A stretch of 64,000 bases of DNA from an uncultured Hyphomicrobiales bacterium (GTDB lineage Bacteria; Bacteroidota; Ignavibacteria; Kapaibacteriales; UBA2268), in the NCBI GenBank assembly GCA_964645005.1, contig CAZXYS010000001.1:158645-222644 (forward strand), written 5' to 3'. The notes beneath the pieces were generated by a model, which was given only the letters and a program-made list of their open reading frames with translations, did no database searches and was not told where the DNA came from. Of the stretch, positions 1 through 8,874 are shown piece by piece (the first letter of the stretch is position 1; each line of letters opens with the position of its first letter). Made by a program: the position numbers and the translations under genes.

Positions 1-336
1 GTAACCCAGCGAGCAATTCGACGCCGGAAAATGCAGAATATTATAAACGAACACATCGCCGAGGATTTCCTCATATTTCAGATCATGCCTGCCGAATATA
101 TAGAAATGCAGGGCGCGTTTTTCATTTTGCAGATCTATTTCTTTCCGGAGCATTTCAATCTGGCTGTCTTTCGAAAGCTCTTCATACTCTATACCTGGCG
201 ATCCCGTGCGGAAGAAATCCAGATTCCTTTTTTTATAGCTAATGATCTTATGCGCGAAGGCGGAGTCCAGCGCTTTCAGCACCAATCTATCGGTAGTAAG
301 AATAACATTATCAAAATTTTCATCAATCATAATCAT
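1..336 (-). CDS. GNAT-family N-acetyltransferase (RimJ/RimL-like), 3' end truncated by window edge
   Basis: Minus-strand ATG at 334-336 opens a frame that runs exactly to position 1 with no stop. The translation starts MIMIDENFDNVILTTDRLVLKALDSAFAHKII..., and the TDRLVL(K/R) N-terminal pattern is typical of RimJ-like GNAT acetyltransferases. The + strand ORF 31..393 on the opposite strand has no protein-like character. Confidence 0.4.
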   Translation of the reverse strand, partial: MIMIDENFDNVILTTDRLVLKALDSAFAHKIISYKKRNLDFFRTGSPGIEYEELSKDSQIEMLRKEIDLQNEKRALHFYIFGRHDLKYEEILGDVFVYNILHFPASNCSLGY

Positions 337-445
337 GAAAATTATCAAAAAATCGGAAAAAGAAAAATTAATAAAATAAATTTTACATTTTAACGATAAT
401 AGAGTAAATTTGTAGTCTTTGTTATTTGAGACTTTGAAAATTAAT

Positions 446-517
446 GGCCCCGTCGACTAACGGTTAGGTCACCAGCCTTTCACGCTGGCAGTAGGGGTTC
501 GAATCCCCTCGGGGTCA
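446..517 (+). tRNA. tRNA-Glu (anticodon TTC)
   Basis: Cloverleaf read by hand. The 7-bp acceptor stem is GGCCCCG/CGGGGTC with one G-T pair. The anticodon stem-loop is CCAGC-CTTTCAC-GCTGG with TTC at positions 34-36. The T-arm is GGGGTTCGAATCCCC and the discriminator is A. No CCA is encoded. Confidence 0.85.
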
Positions 518-525
518 CGAAAAAA

Positions 526-562
526 AGCCCGGAATTTAAGGTTCCGGGCTTTTATTTTTTTG
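526..562. terminator. Rho-independent terminator hairpin (likely bidirectional)
   Basis: AGCCCGGAA...TTCCGGGCT hairpin. It is followed by TTTTATTTTTTT on the + strand and preceded by an A-run, which reads as a T-run for the minus-strand HD gene ending at 643. Confidence 0.6.
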
Positions 563-642
563 AATTAAATTTGAAATTTTGTCACTATTCTAAATAATGA
601 ATATTCTTTACTGAAATATTGAGAAACTTCAGAATCATGTAT

Positions 643-2151
643 TTAGAAACTATTAGAAAATTTGTAATTATGAAAAAAGTTCAACATTTTTTCCTTGAGT
701 CCCTTAGTTTTAATATTCTTCTGATTTTCTTCTATGAAAAAATCAAAAATAATTCTATCTTCTTTGAAATTTTCCCAAGAACTTTCTAAATGGTTGTTTC
801 TTTTTTTCTGGGACTTTGATGGTATTGAGAATCCTAATACTTCTGCTAAAGTATGTTCTTCATTATCAATACTAACTTTAATCTCATCCTGTACCTGTTT
901 TTCAAATACCGGGGCTAATGTTTGTTTATAATTGATGAAATTAAAATGATAATCATTAATTAATTTTTCTTTTTGTTCATTTAAATCTATTATGAATTCA
1001 TTTATTTGATCTTCACTAACAACTTGCAGGTTGTCAAAATCTGCCAAATCCAAAGAGAATGCTCTTTTATAAAGATTTCTTTGCATAAAATGGTCAATTT
1101 TATTTTTTAAATGAGCATCGTCCGTACTATTTAATATTTTCGCTAACAGTGCGATAAATGATTGATCGTTCCATGAGATAAAAGAATTCAAATCTTTATC
1201 AGATGGGATACAGTCTTTATTTCTAAGAAATGGATAATAATTAAGCATTTCTTCATTATTTAGTTCAAACATTTTATTAATGATTTCTATCAAAAGAGCA
1301 TCAGTAATATTTCTTACGTGATGTTTATAAACATTATTATGCATTTTAAAGCGTGCAATTCTTAAACCCCATGCTTCTGTTGCAGCTTTTTCCAACACCC
1401 CGATCTCTCTGTTTGAAGTAATAAAAATATTTCCCCAAAGCCTCTGATAATCATATATGCCATAGTTAGTTCCACAGTGATATGAATCTCTTAGGACATA
1501 ATCTCCTTTATCAACATCAATAGGTCCGTCAATAATCTTTTTTAGTAAATAACTAACAGGATGTTCAATTGCCAAGTCCTGGATATTGGTATTAATTTTT
1601 TTTGTCTTGGCTATTAACTCTAAAGAAGTTCTTGCTAAATCAACAAATGGTGAATTTATTTGATTAATGTCTTTTATTATTTTTTCAGAAAGTTCATAGC
1701 TGTTGATTTCATGTATGTATCTGATTTTGATATCATTATTATTATTGTTACGATATTTGAAAACATCTTCAAATGTATGGCTGAAAGGGGCATGTCCAAT
1801 ATCATGTAACAAAGCTATTAGTCCGGCAGCTAACTTAAAAACTTCTTTTCTTTTGCTTGGCTTCAAAACCTTAATAAGAGAATCATTATCGCATATGGAT
1901 TTGAATCGACTTTCAGAAAATCTTATCAAATTATCTGCCGCATACATCGCTAAGTGCATTGCACCGATACTATGTTCAAATCGAGAATGCATTGCAGATG
2001 GATAAACTAATTGTTCCAAAGGCAATTGGCTTACCCATCTTAATCTTTGAACTATTTTGTGATCAAGAAATGGTTTTAAATCCGGGGGAATTGTTATAAA
2101 ACCATAAATCGGATCGCGAATATGTTTTTCAATCGTAAAGCCTCTCATCAA
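643..2151 (-). CDS. SAMHD1-like / dGTPase-family HD-domain dNTP triphosphohydrolase
   Basis: The N-terminus KHIRDPIYGFITIPPDLKPFLDHKIVQRLRWVSQLPLEQLVYPSAMHSRFEHSIGAMHLA matches the SAMHD1/EF1143-type signature (DPIHG...FQRLR...QLG...FPGA.H.RFEHSLG). The HD motif is LLHDIGHAPFSH. Length is 502 aa. The gene is extremely AT-rich (about 30% GC) compared with its neighbours. Confidence 0.75.
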   Translation of the reverse strand: MMRGFTIEKHIRDPIYGFITIPPDLKPFLDHKIVQRLRWVSQLPLEQLVYPSAMHSRFEHSIGAMHLAMYAADNLIRFSESRFKSICDNDSLIKVLKPSKRKEVFKLAAGLIALLHDIGHAPFSHTFEDVFKYRNNNNNDIKIRYIHEINSYELSEKIIKDINQINSPFVDLARTSLELIAKTKKINTNIQDLAIEHPVSYLLKKIIDGPIDVDKGDYVLRDSYHCGTNYGIYDYQRLWGNIFITSNREIGVLEKAATEAWGLRIARFKMHNNVYKHHVRNITDALLIEIINKMFELNNEEMLNYYPFLRNKDCIPSDKDLNSFISWNDQSFIALLAKILNSTDDAHLKNKIDHFMQRNLYKRAFSLDLADFDNLQVVSEDQINEFIIDLNEQKEKLINDYHFNFINYKQTLAPVFEKQVQDEIKVSIDNEEHTLAEVLGFSIPSKSQKKRNNHLESSWENFKEDRIIFDFFIEENQKNIKTKGLKEKMLNFFHNYKFSNSF

Positions 2152-2689
2152 TTTCTGTTGCCAAATCTAAATACCTTTTAATATTTTGTTGACTTTTACG
2201 CGATAAATCCATCCAACCCAATATCTTGCATTTGCGCTTTATTACTTCAATTTTTTCATTCTCTCTCAAACTGTTAAAATCCTGATTTAAATGACTTATC
2301 ATAATGTGGATTTTAGAAATGTTTGCTAATTCCGATTGAACATACTTTTTTTCAGGATACTTTTCAATAATAAAATTATATATTTCATTTATTCTATTAA
2401 TCAATTTATCGTTTCTTATGTTTTCTATATGATCAAATGTATTACTGTTGTGGACATAAAATTTGTTCTCAAAATAATTATACTCTACTTTTCCAACATT
2501 ATCAAGACTTTCCATGATCCTTTGTACGTTGACACTATAAGGTCCATAATTATATGGTATGTATGACTTATACCTAATATCCTCCGGCAGAGCAAAATAC
2601 ATAACCTTTTGAATTCCGGTCTTTCCGAAATTTAAATTATTATCATTTGCTAATTTAATAGCATACAGAACATAATCACTAGGATTCAT
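2129..2689 (-). CDS. Panacea (DUF4065, SocA/GepA-like) domain small protein, putative antitoxin-like partner
   Basis: Start assigned to the internal Met (MNPSDYVLYAIKLAN...) because the longer ORF overlaps the upstream OMP gene. The GKTGIQKVMYFA ... YNYGPYSVNVQRI pattern resembles the Panacea core (LKLQKLLYYA ... W.HGPV.P.VY). The 3' end overlaps the HD gene start by 23 nt. Composition is AT-rich like the HD gene. Confidence 0.4.
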   Translation of the reverse strand: MNPSDYVLYAIKLANDNNLNFGKTGIQKVMYFALPEDIRYKSYIPYNYGPYSVNVQRIMESLDNVGKVEYNYFENKFYVHNSNTFDHIENIRNDKLINRINEIYNFIIEKYPEKKYVQSELANISKIHIMISHLNQDFNSLRENEKIEVIKRKCKILGWMDLSRKSQQNIKRYLDLATEIDERLYD

Positions 2690-2753
2690 TACACCTCCAT
2701 TAGAAATAATTTTTTTCAATTTACACAAAAAAATCGACATGAACAAAATTCGT

Positions 2754-3245
2754 TTACGGATAATACCTGAATCCAACGCTAAAATCAAATCCCGCTTCCA
2801 CATCCGGCGCCAATTCTATTAAAGGACCTAACTCGAGGAATAACTCAAAATTTGACCGGCGCGGCGTGAAGTTTACGCCCATTATTCCACGGATGGCGAT
2901 GCCGGCGCCGTCTCTGTCACGGAATCTGCGGTCGTCGCGGTCATAAAAGACGCCGTCATTGCCGCCGAAACCTATTACTAACCCCGGTCCAGCGTAAAGA
3001 GAAAACTCATTTGACCTAAAAGCGTCGAAATGCCATAAGTAATCTGCTCCAAGCGCCAGTTCGCCAAAATAGGAAACTCCCAGAAAAGCATCCAACGCAT
3101 TTTTATTAGTAGTCCAGTATTTTATCGTCGCGCCGGTTGGCTCGCCCAGCATCAACCCGAAACCGAAATTACCGCCGCCGGGTTTCTGCGCCAACATTGT
3201 ATTGGCGAATAATAATATGCTTACTATGACCATTAACTTTCTCAT
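2754..3245 (-). CDS. small outer-membrane beta-barrel protein (OMP_b-brl-like)
   Basis: Start taken at MRKLMVIVSILLFANTMLAQ, a signal peptide. The body is rich in G/F/Y/D with alternating beta-strand character and ends ...GFRYYP with a terminal aromatic. GC is about 50%. Confidence 0.5.
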   Translation of the reverse strand: MRKLMVIVSILLFANTMLAQKPGGGNFGFGLMLGEPTGATIKYWTTNKNALDAFLGVSYFGELALGADYLWHFDAFRSNEFSLYAGPGLVIGFGGNDGVFYDRDDRRFRDRDGAGIAIRGIMGVNFTPRRSNFELFLELGPLIELAPDVEAGFDFSVGFRYYP

Positions 3246-3282
3246 ATTTAACTCTATATTATTAAACATTTTTATAATTAAT

Positions 3283-3313
3283 ACGAAAACGGCTTCGCAT
3301 ATTTTACGAAGCC
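3283..3313 (-). terminator. terminator hairpin downstream of asnS
   Basis: On the minus strand the hairpin CGGCTTCG-TAAAATATG-CGAAGCCG is followed by a TTTTCGT tract. Confidence 0.4.
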
Positions 3314-3345
3314 GCCAGTTCAATCATCTTTGTTTGAAAAGAAAC

Positions 3346-4698
3346 TTAAGGCACTATCCTGTGTATCATCCGCGGTATCGGAATAACCTCGCGGATATGC
3401 GTCGCGCCGGTTATCCATTTCACTGTCCTCTCGACGCCCAGCCCGAAGCCGCTATGAGGCACCGAGCCGTACTTCCGCAGGTCGAGATACCACTGAAAAT
3501 CCTCCACCGGCAGATTCTCTTCCTTTATCCGCTCAAGAAGCAGGTCATGATCGTCCTCGCGCTGGCTGCCGCCAATAAGCTCGCCCGCTTTCTCGGGACC
3601 CAGCATATCCATCGCCAGTGCCACGCTTGTATCTTCAGGATCGCGCTTCATGTAAAAGGCTTTCGCTTCTGCGGGATAGCGATGGATAATGCACGGCTTA
3701 TCAAACTGCTCCATGAGCGCTTCTTCCTGCACCGTGCCAAAATCCTCGCCCCATGGGAATGGTCGTATTTCCTTATCAACGCCATCCTCCTTCTTGATCA
3801 GAGGAATATCATTCTTGTTCAGCCAGTCCACAGCTTCCGTATAACTTATGCGGTAGAACGGACGCTTGATTTTCTCCAACTGTGTCGTATCCCTTTCGAG
3901 CGTTTCCAACTCTTTTTGGCAGTTCTTAAGCACATACTGCACTACATATTCCACCATATCTTCTGCGAGGTCCATATCATCGTTCAGATCGAAAAATGCC
4001 ATCTCCGGCTCGACCATCCAGAACTCCGTCAGGTGCTTGCGTGTCTTTGACTGCTCTGCGCGGAAAGTCGGACCGAACGTATAAACTCTTCCCAGAGCCA
4101 TTGCCGAAGCCTCCGCATATAGCTGCCCCGATTGACTCAGGTAAGCATTCCCAAGATCGAAGTACTTCGTCTCGAACAGTGTCGAGGTCCCTTCGCAGGC
4201 ATTCGGCGTAAGAATAGGCGAGTCCATCAGTTTAAAACCGTTTCCATCGAAGAAATCTCTTATCGCCTTCATCACTGCCGCCCGAACACGCATAATAGCG
4301 TGCTGTCTCGACGACCGCAGCCACAGGTGCCGATGCTCGATAAGAAAAGCGTCGCCATGTTCCTTCTTTGCAATAGGATAATCATGGCTTATCTGAATTG
4401 TTTGGATATTAGTTACGTCCATTTCAAAGCCGCCCGGCGCGCGTTCATCTTCTTTGATAGTCCCGGTAATCATCACCGAGGACTCCTGCGTCAATTCCTT
4501 TGCGGTTTCAAACACACTTTCATCAACATTCTGCTTGAACACAACGCACTGCAAGATTCCCGTACCGTCGCGCAGTATCACGAACTGCAGTTTTCCTTTG
4601 CCGCGCTTGTTGTACACCCAGCCGCGCAGCGTAACTTCCTCGCCGACATGCTTTGCCAGATCCTCGATATAAACAAAAGATTTGTACCTCGACTCCAT
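3346..4698 (-). CDS. asnS: asparagine--tRNA ligase
   Basis: 450 aa. It has an N-terminal OB-fold anticodon-binding region (LRGWVYNKRGKGKLQFVILRDGTGILQCVV) and class II aaRS motifs (FRAEQSKTRKHLTEFWMVEPEMAF; GGSQRE; GFGLGVERTVKWI). The length fits AsnS rather than AspS. Confidence 0.8.
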   Translation of the reverse strand: MESRYKSFVYIEDLAKHVGEEVTLRGWVYNKRGKGKLQFVILRDGTGILQCVVFKQNVDESVFETAKELTQESSVMITGTIKEDERAPGGFEMDVTNIQTIQISHDYPIAKKEHGDAFLIEHRHLWLRSSRQHAIMRVRAAVMKAIRDFFDGNGFKLMDSPILTPNACEGTSTLFETKYFDLGNAYLSQSGQLYAEASAMALGRVYTFGPTFRAEQSKTRKHLTEFWMVEPEMAFFDLNDDMDLAEDMVEYVVQYVLKNCQKELETLERDTTQLEKIKRPFYRISYTEAVDWLNKNDIPLIKKEDGVDKEIRPFPWGEDFGTVQEEALMEQFDKPCIIHRYPAEAKAFYMKRDPEDTSVALAMDMLGPEKAGELIGGSQREDDHDLLLERIKEENLPVEDFQWYLDLRKYGSVPHSGFGLGVERTVKWITGATHIREVIPIPRMIHRIVP

Positions 4699-4843
4699 AT
4701 ACTTCCCGAATTAATTTAGTCATACCAATTTATTAATTCTACAAAAATACGAAAGATAAGGTATATTATTTAAAAACAGCAAAGATATGAGAAATATATT
4801 GTCATTTCTTGATTTCTTTTAACAACTTATTCACTAAGATATT

Positions 4844-5677
4844 TCACTCAAAAAGAATATTAAATGATCCTGTTCCTTCAATAGTACCAGAACCATTGCC
4901 CTCTTTTCCTTTAAATTCGAAATCACCTGTAATGAACTTTTCATTACTAGTGGTGAATGTTATATTACCTTCTTCACACAAATAAGCAGTTGTATTTTGT
5001 CCATCAATTATTGTTAAATTTGATGTATGTAATAGTTTTTTCTGATTGTTTTGATCGTCTTTTAAAAATAATAAGATAAATCCATAAGTTATATTATCAT
5101 TAATGAATTCTGTTTGAATCGACTGATAAATTTTGCCTTCATATTTCTGTGTGTTAAATATCACATTTGTTGATTTAAACTTAAGAGAATCTCCTTGGCT
5201 TAAATGAAATTCTATTTTTATAAATTCCTCAGGCTTATCTTCGATCGTAAACCTCCATTTGTCCTTCTCGGTTATACCGAGGTAAGTATATTCGTCAGCA
5301 GTCATATCTCTGACAATTCCTTCGTCAACCAGAACATAATACTCAGCGCCCCATTCAAATAACTTTGATAATGGTATATGAAGTACTTTCTTCTCGACTA
5401 TGTAACAGTCCTCAACATTGATAGTCTCAAATATATCATCATTATCAGAATTAAACACTCTAACGGATCCTTTATCCTTTTTAATGTCCATGTTAAAGAC
5501 CATTCTTAGCTCATGCTGATCGATCGGTACATCAGCAGAGCCATTCGCAGGATCGGATTCGGTTAATTCAGGTCCGGCGCCGCCTGTGGGACCTGTGCCG
5601 CCATTATCATCAGAGTCACTGCATGAAAAAAATAATAAAGAAATAATTAAAGCCGGAAGTAAGAAAAAGAATCTCAT
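4844..5677 (-). CDS. hypothetical lipoprotein
   Basis: Start taken at MRFFFLLPALIISLLFFSCSDSDDNGG. This is a lipobox (LFFSC) followed by a G/T/P-rich linker. No recognisable catalytic motif. Confidence 0.5.
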   Translation of the reverse strand: MRFFFLLPALIISLLFFSCSDSDDNGGTGPTGGAGPELTESDPANGSADVPIDQHELRMVFNMDIKKDKGSVRVFNSDNDDIFETINVEDCYIVEKKVLHIPLSKLFEWGAEYYVLVDEGIVRDMTADEYTYLGITEKDKWRFTIEDKPEEFIKIEFHLSQGDSLKFKSTNVIFNTQKYEGKIYQSIQTEFINDNITYGFILLFLKDDQNNQKKLLHTSNLTIIDGQNTTAYLCEEGNITFTTSNEKFITGDFEFKGKEGNGSGTIEGTGSFNILFE

Positions 5678-5693
5678 AAAAATTCCAATGTTT

Positions 5694-6239
5694 TTAAAAA
5701 GCATAATCTTCTTCAACCAATTGTTCTTCAAGATCGAATGACCCGTTAGAGATAGTAATTGTCTTACTTGCTATTGTTGTACTGGGATCGGTTAGTACGG
5801 CAGCGTAAAAATCGCCTTTGATGGTTTTGTTATCCATTTCGGAAAGTTCTATCTCGCCGCCGGTGTTCTTTATGTAATAATCTTCTGTCTCGCCGGAAGA
5901 AGCATTTCTTACAATCAATTCGACATTTCCATATCCCTGACTGAAAATAGGTCTGCATTGATAAACCAGCTTCCCGGTTCCATTATCCTGAATTTTGACA
6001 CTTAACTCATATTCTTTTCCGCCCTTTGATAATGTGCCTTTCACTTGTCTTAGAGTACCGTACTCAGCGGCATTTTTGTAGTAGACTGCGGAATCTATAT
6101 CAAAAGTCAGTGTTTCATCACCGCTGATACTTGCTTTCAACGTCCCAATAGTACTGTAATTATCTTTTTGGCAGGCATTTAAAAGTAGTATAAAACCAAT
6201 AACAGCAATAGTCGGCAGAAAAACTTTGATTGCATTCAT
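5694..6239 (-). CDS. hypothetical lipoprotein
   Basis: MNAIKVFLPTIAVIGFILLLNACQKDNY is a signal peptide with a lipobox cysteine. The gene sits in the same orientation as the downstream lipoprotein, 16 bp apart. Confidence 0.5.
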   Translation of the reverse strand: MNAIKVFLPTIAVIGFILLLNACQKDNYSTIGTLKASISGDETLTFDIDSAVYYKNAAEYGTLRQVKGTLSKGGKEYELSVKIQDNGTGKLVYQCRPIFSQGYGNVELIVRNASSGETEDYYIKNTGGEIELSEMDNKTIKGDFYAAVLTDPSTTIASKTITISNGSFDLEEQLVEEDYAF

Positions 6240-6269
6240 TTTTATATTCCCGGATTGGTTAGAAATTTA

Positions 6270-7040
6270 TTAAATAATTTCGACAGCGTCAGCGGGCAGC
6301 CATCCTATATTTCCGTCGGCGAGCCTTATTTTCTTCCATTCCCCTACTTCATCTCTTATTTCTACCTTCGTTCCTTCGTGCAAAATGAATAGATTCTTGC
6401 CGCTTTTGTCGGGAGAACTCTTAACGTACACGCTCGGAGAAAATATTATCGCGCTGTCGTCTGACGTTTCTATTTCATATTTTTGATAAGCAAATATAAA
6501 AGAGGTTATCGTTAAAACAAAAAATAAAATTCCTATTGCAAAGAAAAATTTCTTGAAAAATGATGAGCCTAAAAAATAAAATATCGCCAGCGAGCCGAAT
6601 GTGAGCCAGCTTAGAATGACGGCGATAGCCGCCCAGCCGCTGGAATTGTACTGGCTGATGAGTGTGTCTATCCATTTTGTGAGGAAGAACTTTGGGACTG
6701 GTTCGATCTTGTCAACTGTACGCAGTTCTGCGATTTTCAGGTTGAATCGGATGTCTTCGTCCTGCGGGGCGAGTCGTTTTGCTCTTTCATAGTAAAGGAT
6801 GGCGGGGGCTATCTCTCTCATTTTGAAATAAGCGTTGCCCATGTTGTAGTACAACTCAGGCGATATATAGCCGTTATCTTCTATTTCCGTGTATAATTCA
6901 ACCGCTTTGGAATAATCCCCATTGGAATATAATTCATTGGCTCTGGAAAACTTATCCAGCGCCGTACTGCCGCCGTCAGCGCTTACGGCATTTATTAATA
7001 ATGGAAAAATAAATAGGAATAATATGACTATCCTTTTCAT
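6270..7040 (-). CDS. BatE-like TPR + TM + SH3b-domain protein
   Basis: Signal peptide, TPR-like repeats (YSNGDYSKAVELY...YYNMGNAYFKM...YYERAKRLAP), several TM helices and a C-terminal SH3b-like segment (GTKVEIRDEVGEWKKIRLADGNIGWLPADAVEII). It is the last gene of the bat-type cluster. Confidence 0.6.
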   Translation of the reverse strand: MKRIVILFLFIFPLLINAVSADGGSTALDKFSRANELYSNGDYSKAVELYTEIEDNGYISPELYYNMGNAYFKMREIAPAILYYERAKRLAPQDEDIRFNLKIAELRTVDKIEPVPKFFLTKWIDTLISQYNSSGWAAIAVILSWLTFGSLAIFYFLGSSFFKKFFFAIGILFFVLTITSFIFAYQKYEIETSDDSAIIFSPSVYVKSSPDKSGKNLFILHEGTKVEIRDEVGEWKKIRLADGNIGWLPADAVEII

Positions 7041-8851
7041 CTAACGATTCCTTCGATTTCGGTTATCAATCTTGCCGCCTCGTCGTAGGTTTGCTGCATG
7101 TTTCCAGCCGTTTTATCCGGCGCAAAACGAGCAAATTCGGATTCATCTATAGTTGCCATTAATCTATCGGCTTTATCCGTAGGAACTTTTTTGTTTATCA
7201 ACGCGTTATAAGCGCTGTCCTTATTCAATTCCGAAAAAGGAATGTTAAGTTTATCGCTGATGTATCCCCACAGAGCGCGCGCCACTTCCTCGTAGAATTT
7301 TTCCTGATCCTGCGAATTGAGGAAATCCTTCGCTGTGGCAAGATGCTTTTTGGCTGCACGATTGGCTTTGCGGTTTTTGAGCAATGCCTGATTGCGGTTA
7401 AGTTCATCTTGCTTCCTTTTAAAGAACACAAAAACCAAGAATAGCAGCAGCGGCGCCGTTCCAAGCCCGTAAAACATGCCCGATGCGAAAAGGCTATTCC
7501 TGCCTTTTTGCAATGACTGAGGCAGATCCTTGATGAAGTGGACGTCTTTGCCGAGATATTTGACTTCTTCCCGATCCACGCCGGAAATCACCGTAGTCTC
7601 TTCGCCCGGTTTGCCTTTTTGCACATTCAGAACGAATCTTTCTGATGTTTGAGTGATATATTTTTTCTTGTTAAGGTCGAAATAAGTGAATTCGATGGGC
7701 TCTATCTCGTAGCGTCCTTCGCGCCTCGGGATAAGTGTATATTCGAAAGTTTTCTTACCTGTGAATTTACTCCCGGAAACTCTTACATCATCCACGATGT
7801 TCGGATCGTAAACTTCTATGTCTGAAGGAAGATCAAGTTCAAACGGGCTGATCAGCTTAAGATTACCTTCGCCTGATATTTGAATTTTAAGATTTACGGG
7901 ATTATTGGCTTTGATTTTGGTTTTGTCGAGCCATGCTTTCATTTCCATATCGCCGACAGCGCCGGTGAAGGATTCCGGCTCACCGCCGGGCAAGGGCTTA
8001 ACATTTATGGTTGCTCTGTTCGAGCGGACGGTATTGTCAAAATCCTTGGTGCTTCTGTCGAAGGGATCATCGAAGAAGGAACGCCGCTTCGATTGCACGT
8101 GCAGCCTGATCACTGTTTTCATTTCCATCGGTTCGATGGTCAGTTTGCCGGTCTGCTGGGGCAGAAGTATTACTTTTTTAATGACAATGCTGTTGAAGCG
8201 CTTGCCGTTGACATTTTCGTATTCCCACTGAGTTCTGCGGGAATCCGTCAGCTCATGAGTCCAGAAACCATTGTAAGATGGCAGTTTGGGTTCTTCGTAA
8301 TCCGCCATGGAAAGCTCGGGATGCTTGAAGAGCTTAAGCGTTGCGGTAATTTGCTCGCCCTGATATACATTCTTTTTATTGACATATAGCTTTGCGAAAA
8401 GATTATCGCCGATCAATTCCAATGCTTCCTGCTGCTGCTGGCGTTCGCGCTGCCGTTCGGCTTTTTGTCTTTCGGTTGGGGGGACGACTTTCATATTTAT
8501 AGTATTGGTCTTCAATTTTTTGCCGTTGGAAACAATAGAAGCGGGGCCTATCTCAAATTCCCCCTGTTTATCCGCCTGCAAAACGTAACTGTAAGAGATT
8601 GAGCGTGTGATATTCCCATTTATCATCTGCATACTCTGCGAGGTGCTCGGACCGGACAGCACCCTGAAATTTCGAAAGCTTGGCGGATCGAAATTCGAGC
8701 CCGAGCCTTCGATTGTGAAGGTGATTTGAAATCTCTCACCTTCCGATACCGGATTCTTATTGACGGAAGCGGTGAATTCCGCTGCCAAAGCCTCGCTAGC
8801 GAATATTGCAAATACAACTATTATTACAAATAAATTTCTCATTTTTATCAT
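7037..8851 (-). CDS. BatD-like protein
   Basis: About 600 aa with a signal peptide, a large extracytoplasmic region, a C-terminal TM helix and a cytoplasmic tail. Its position between the BatC-like and BatE-like genes, and the 4-nt overlap with the next gene, match the Bacteroides aerotolerance operon organisation. Confidence 0.55.
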   Translation of the reverse strand: MIKMRNLFVIIVVFAIFASEALAAEFTASVNKNPVSEGERFQITFTIEGSGSNFDPPSFRNFRVLSGPSTSQSMQMINGNITRSISYSYVLQADKQGEFEIGPASIVSNGKKLKTNTINMKVVPPTERQKAERQRERQQQQEALELIGDNLFAKLYVNKKNVYQGEQITATLKLFKHPELSMADYEEPKLPSYNGFWTHELTDSRRTQWEYENVNGKRFNSIVIKKVILLPQQTGKLTIEPMEMKTVIRLHVQSKRRSFFDDPFDRSTKDFDNTVRSNRATINVKPLPGGEPESFTGAVGDMEMKAWLDKTKIKANNPVNLKIQISGEGNLKLISPFELDLPSDIEVYDPNIVDDVRVSGSKFTGKKTFEYTLIPRREGRYEIEPIEFTYFDLNKKKYITQTSERFVLNVQKGKPGEETTVISGVDREEVKYLGKDVHFIKDLPQSLQKGRNSLFASGMFYGLGTAPLLLFLVFVFFKRKQDELNRNQALLKNRKANRAAKKHLATAKDFLNSQDQEKFYEEVARALWGYISDKLNIPFSELNKDSAYNALINKKVPTDKADRLMATIDESEFARFAPDKTAGNMQQTYDEAARLITEIEGIVR

Positions 8852-8874
8852 CTAAGTAATTTATACTTAAGTTT

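Noticed and set aside
31-393. 120-aa + strand ORF at window start
   Set aside because: The translation is not protein-like. The opposite strand encodes a plausible GNAT acetyltransferase N-terminus running to the window edge.
2129-2803. Full 224-aa ORF as the Panacea-like gene
   Set aside because: The 5' 38 codons overlap the upstream OMP gene (ending 2754) and lack homology. The internal Met at 2689 gives a compact gene with the domain at its N-terminus.
446-3245. Defined integrative island with att repeats at tRNA-Glu
   Set aside because: No integrase gene and no direct repeat of the tRNA 3' end were found downstream. Only compositional evidence supports acquisition, so it is reported as a finding rather than as a mobile_element feature.
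3202-4719. Several + strand ORFs (3202..4050, 3866..4084, 3996..4211, 4132..4719, 4454..4672)
   Set aside because: Antisense to asnS, which is GC-rich and so generates long spurious frames. No motifs.
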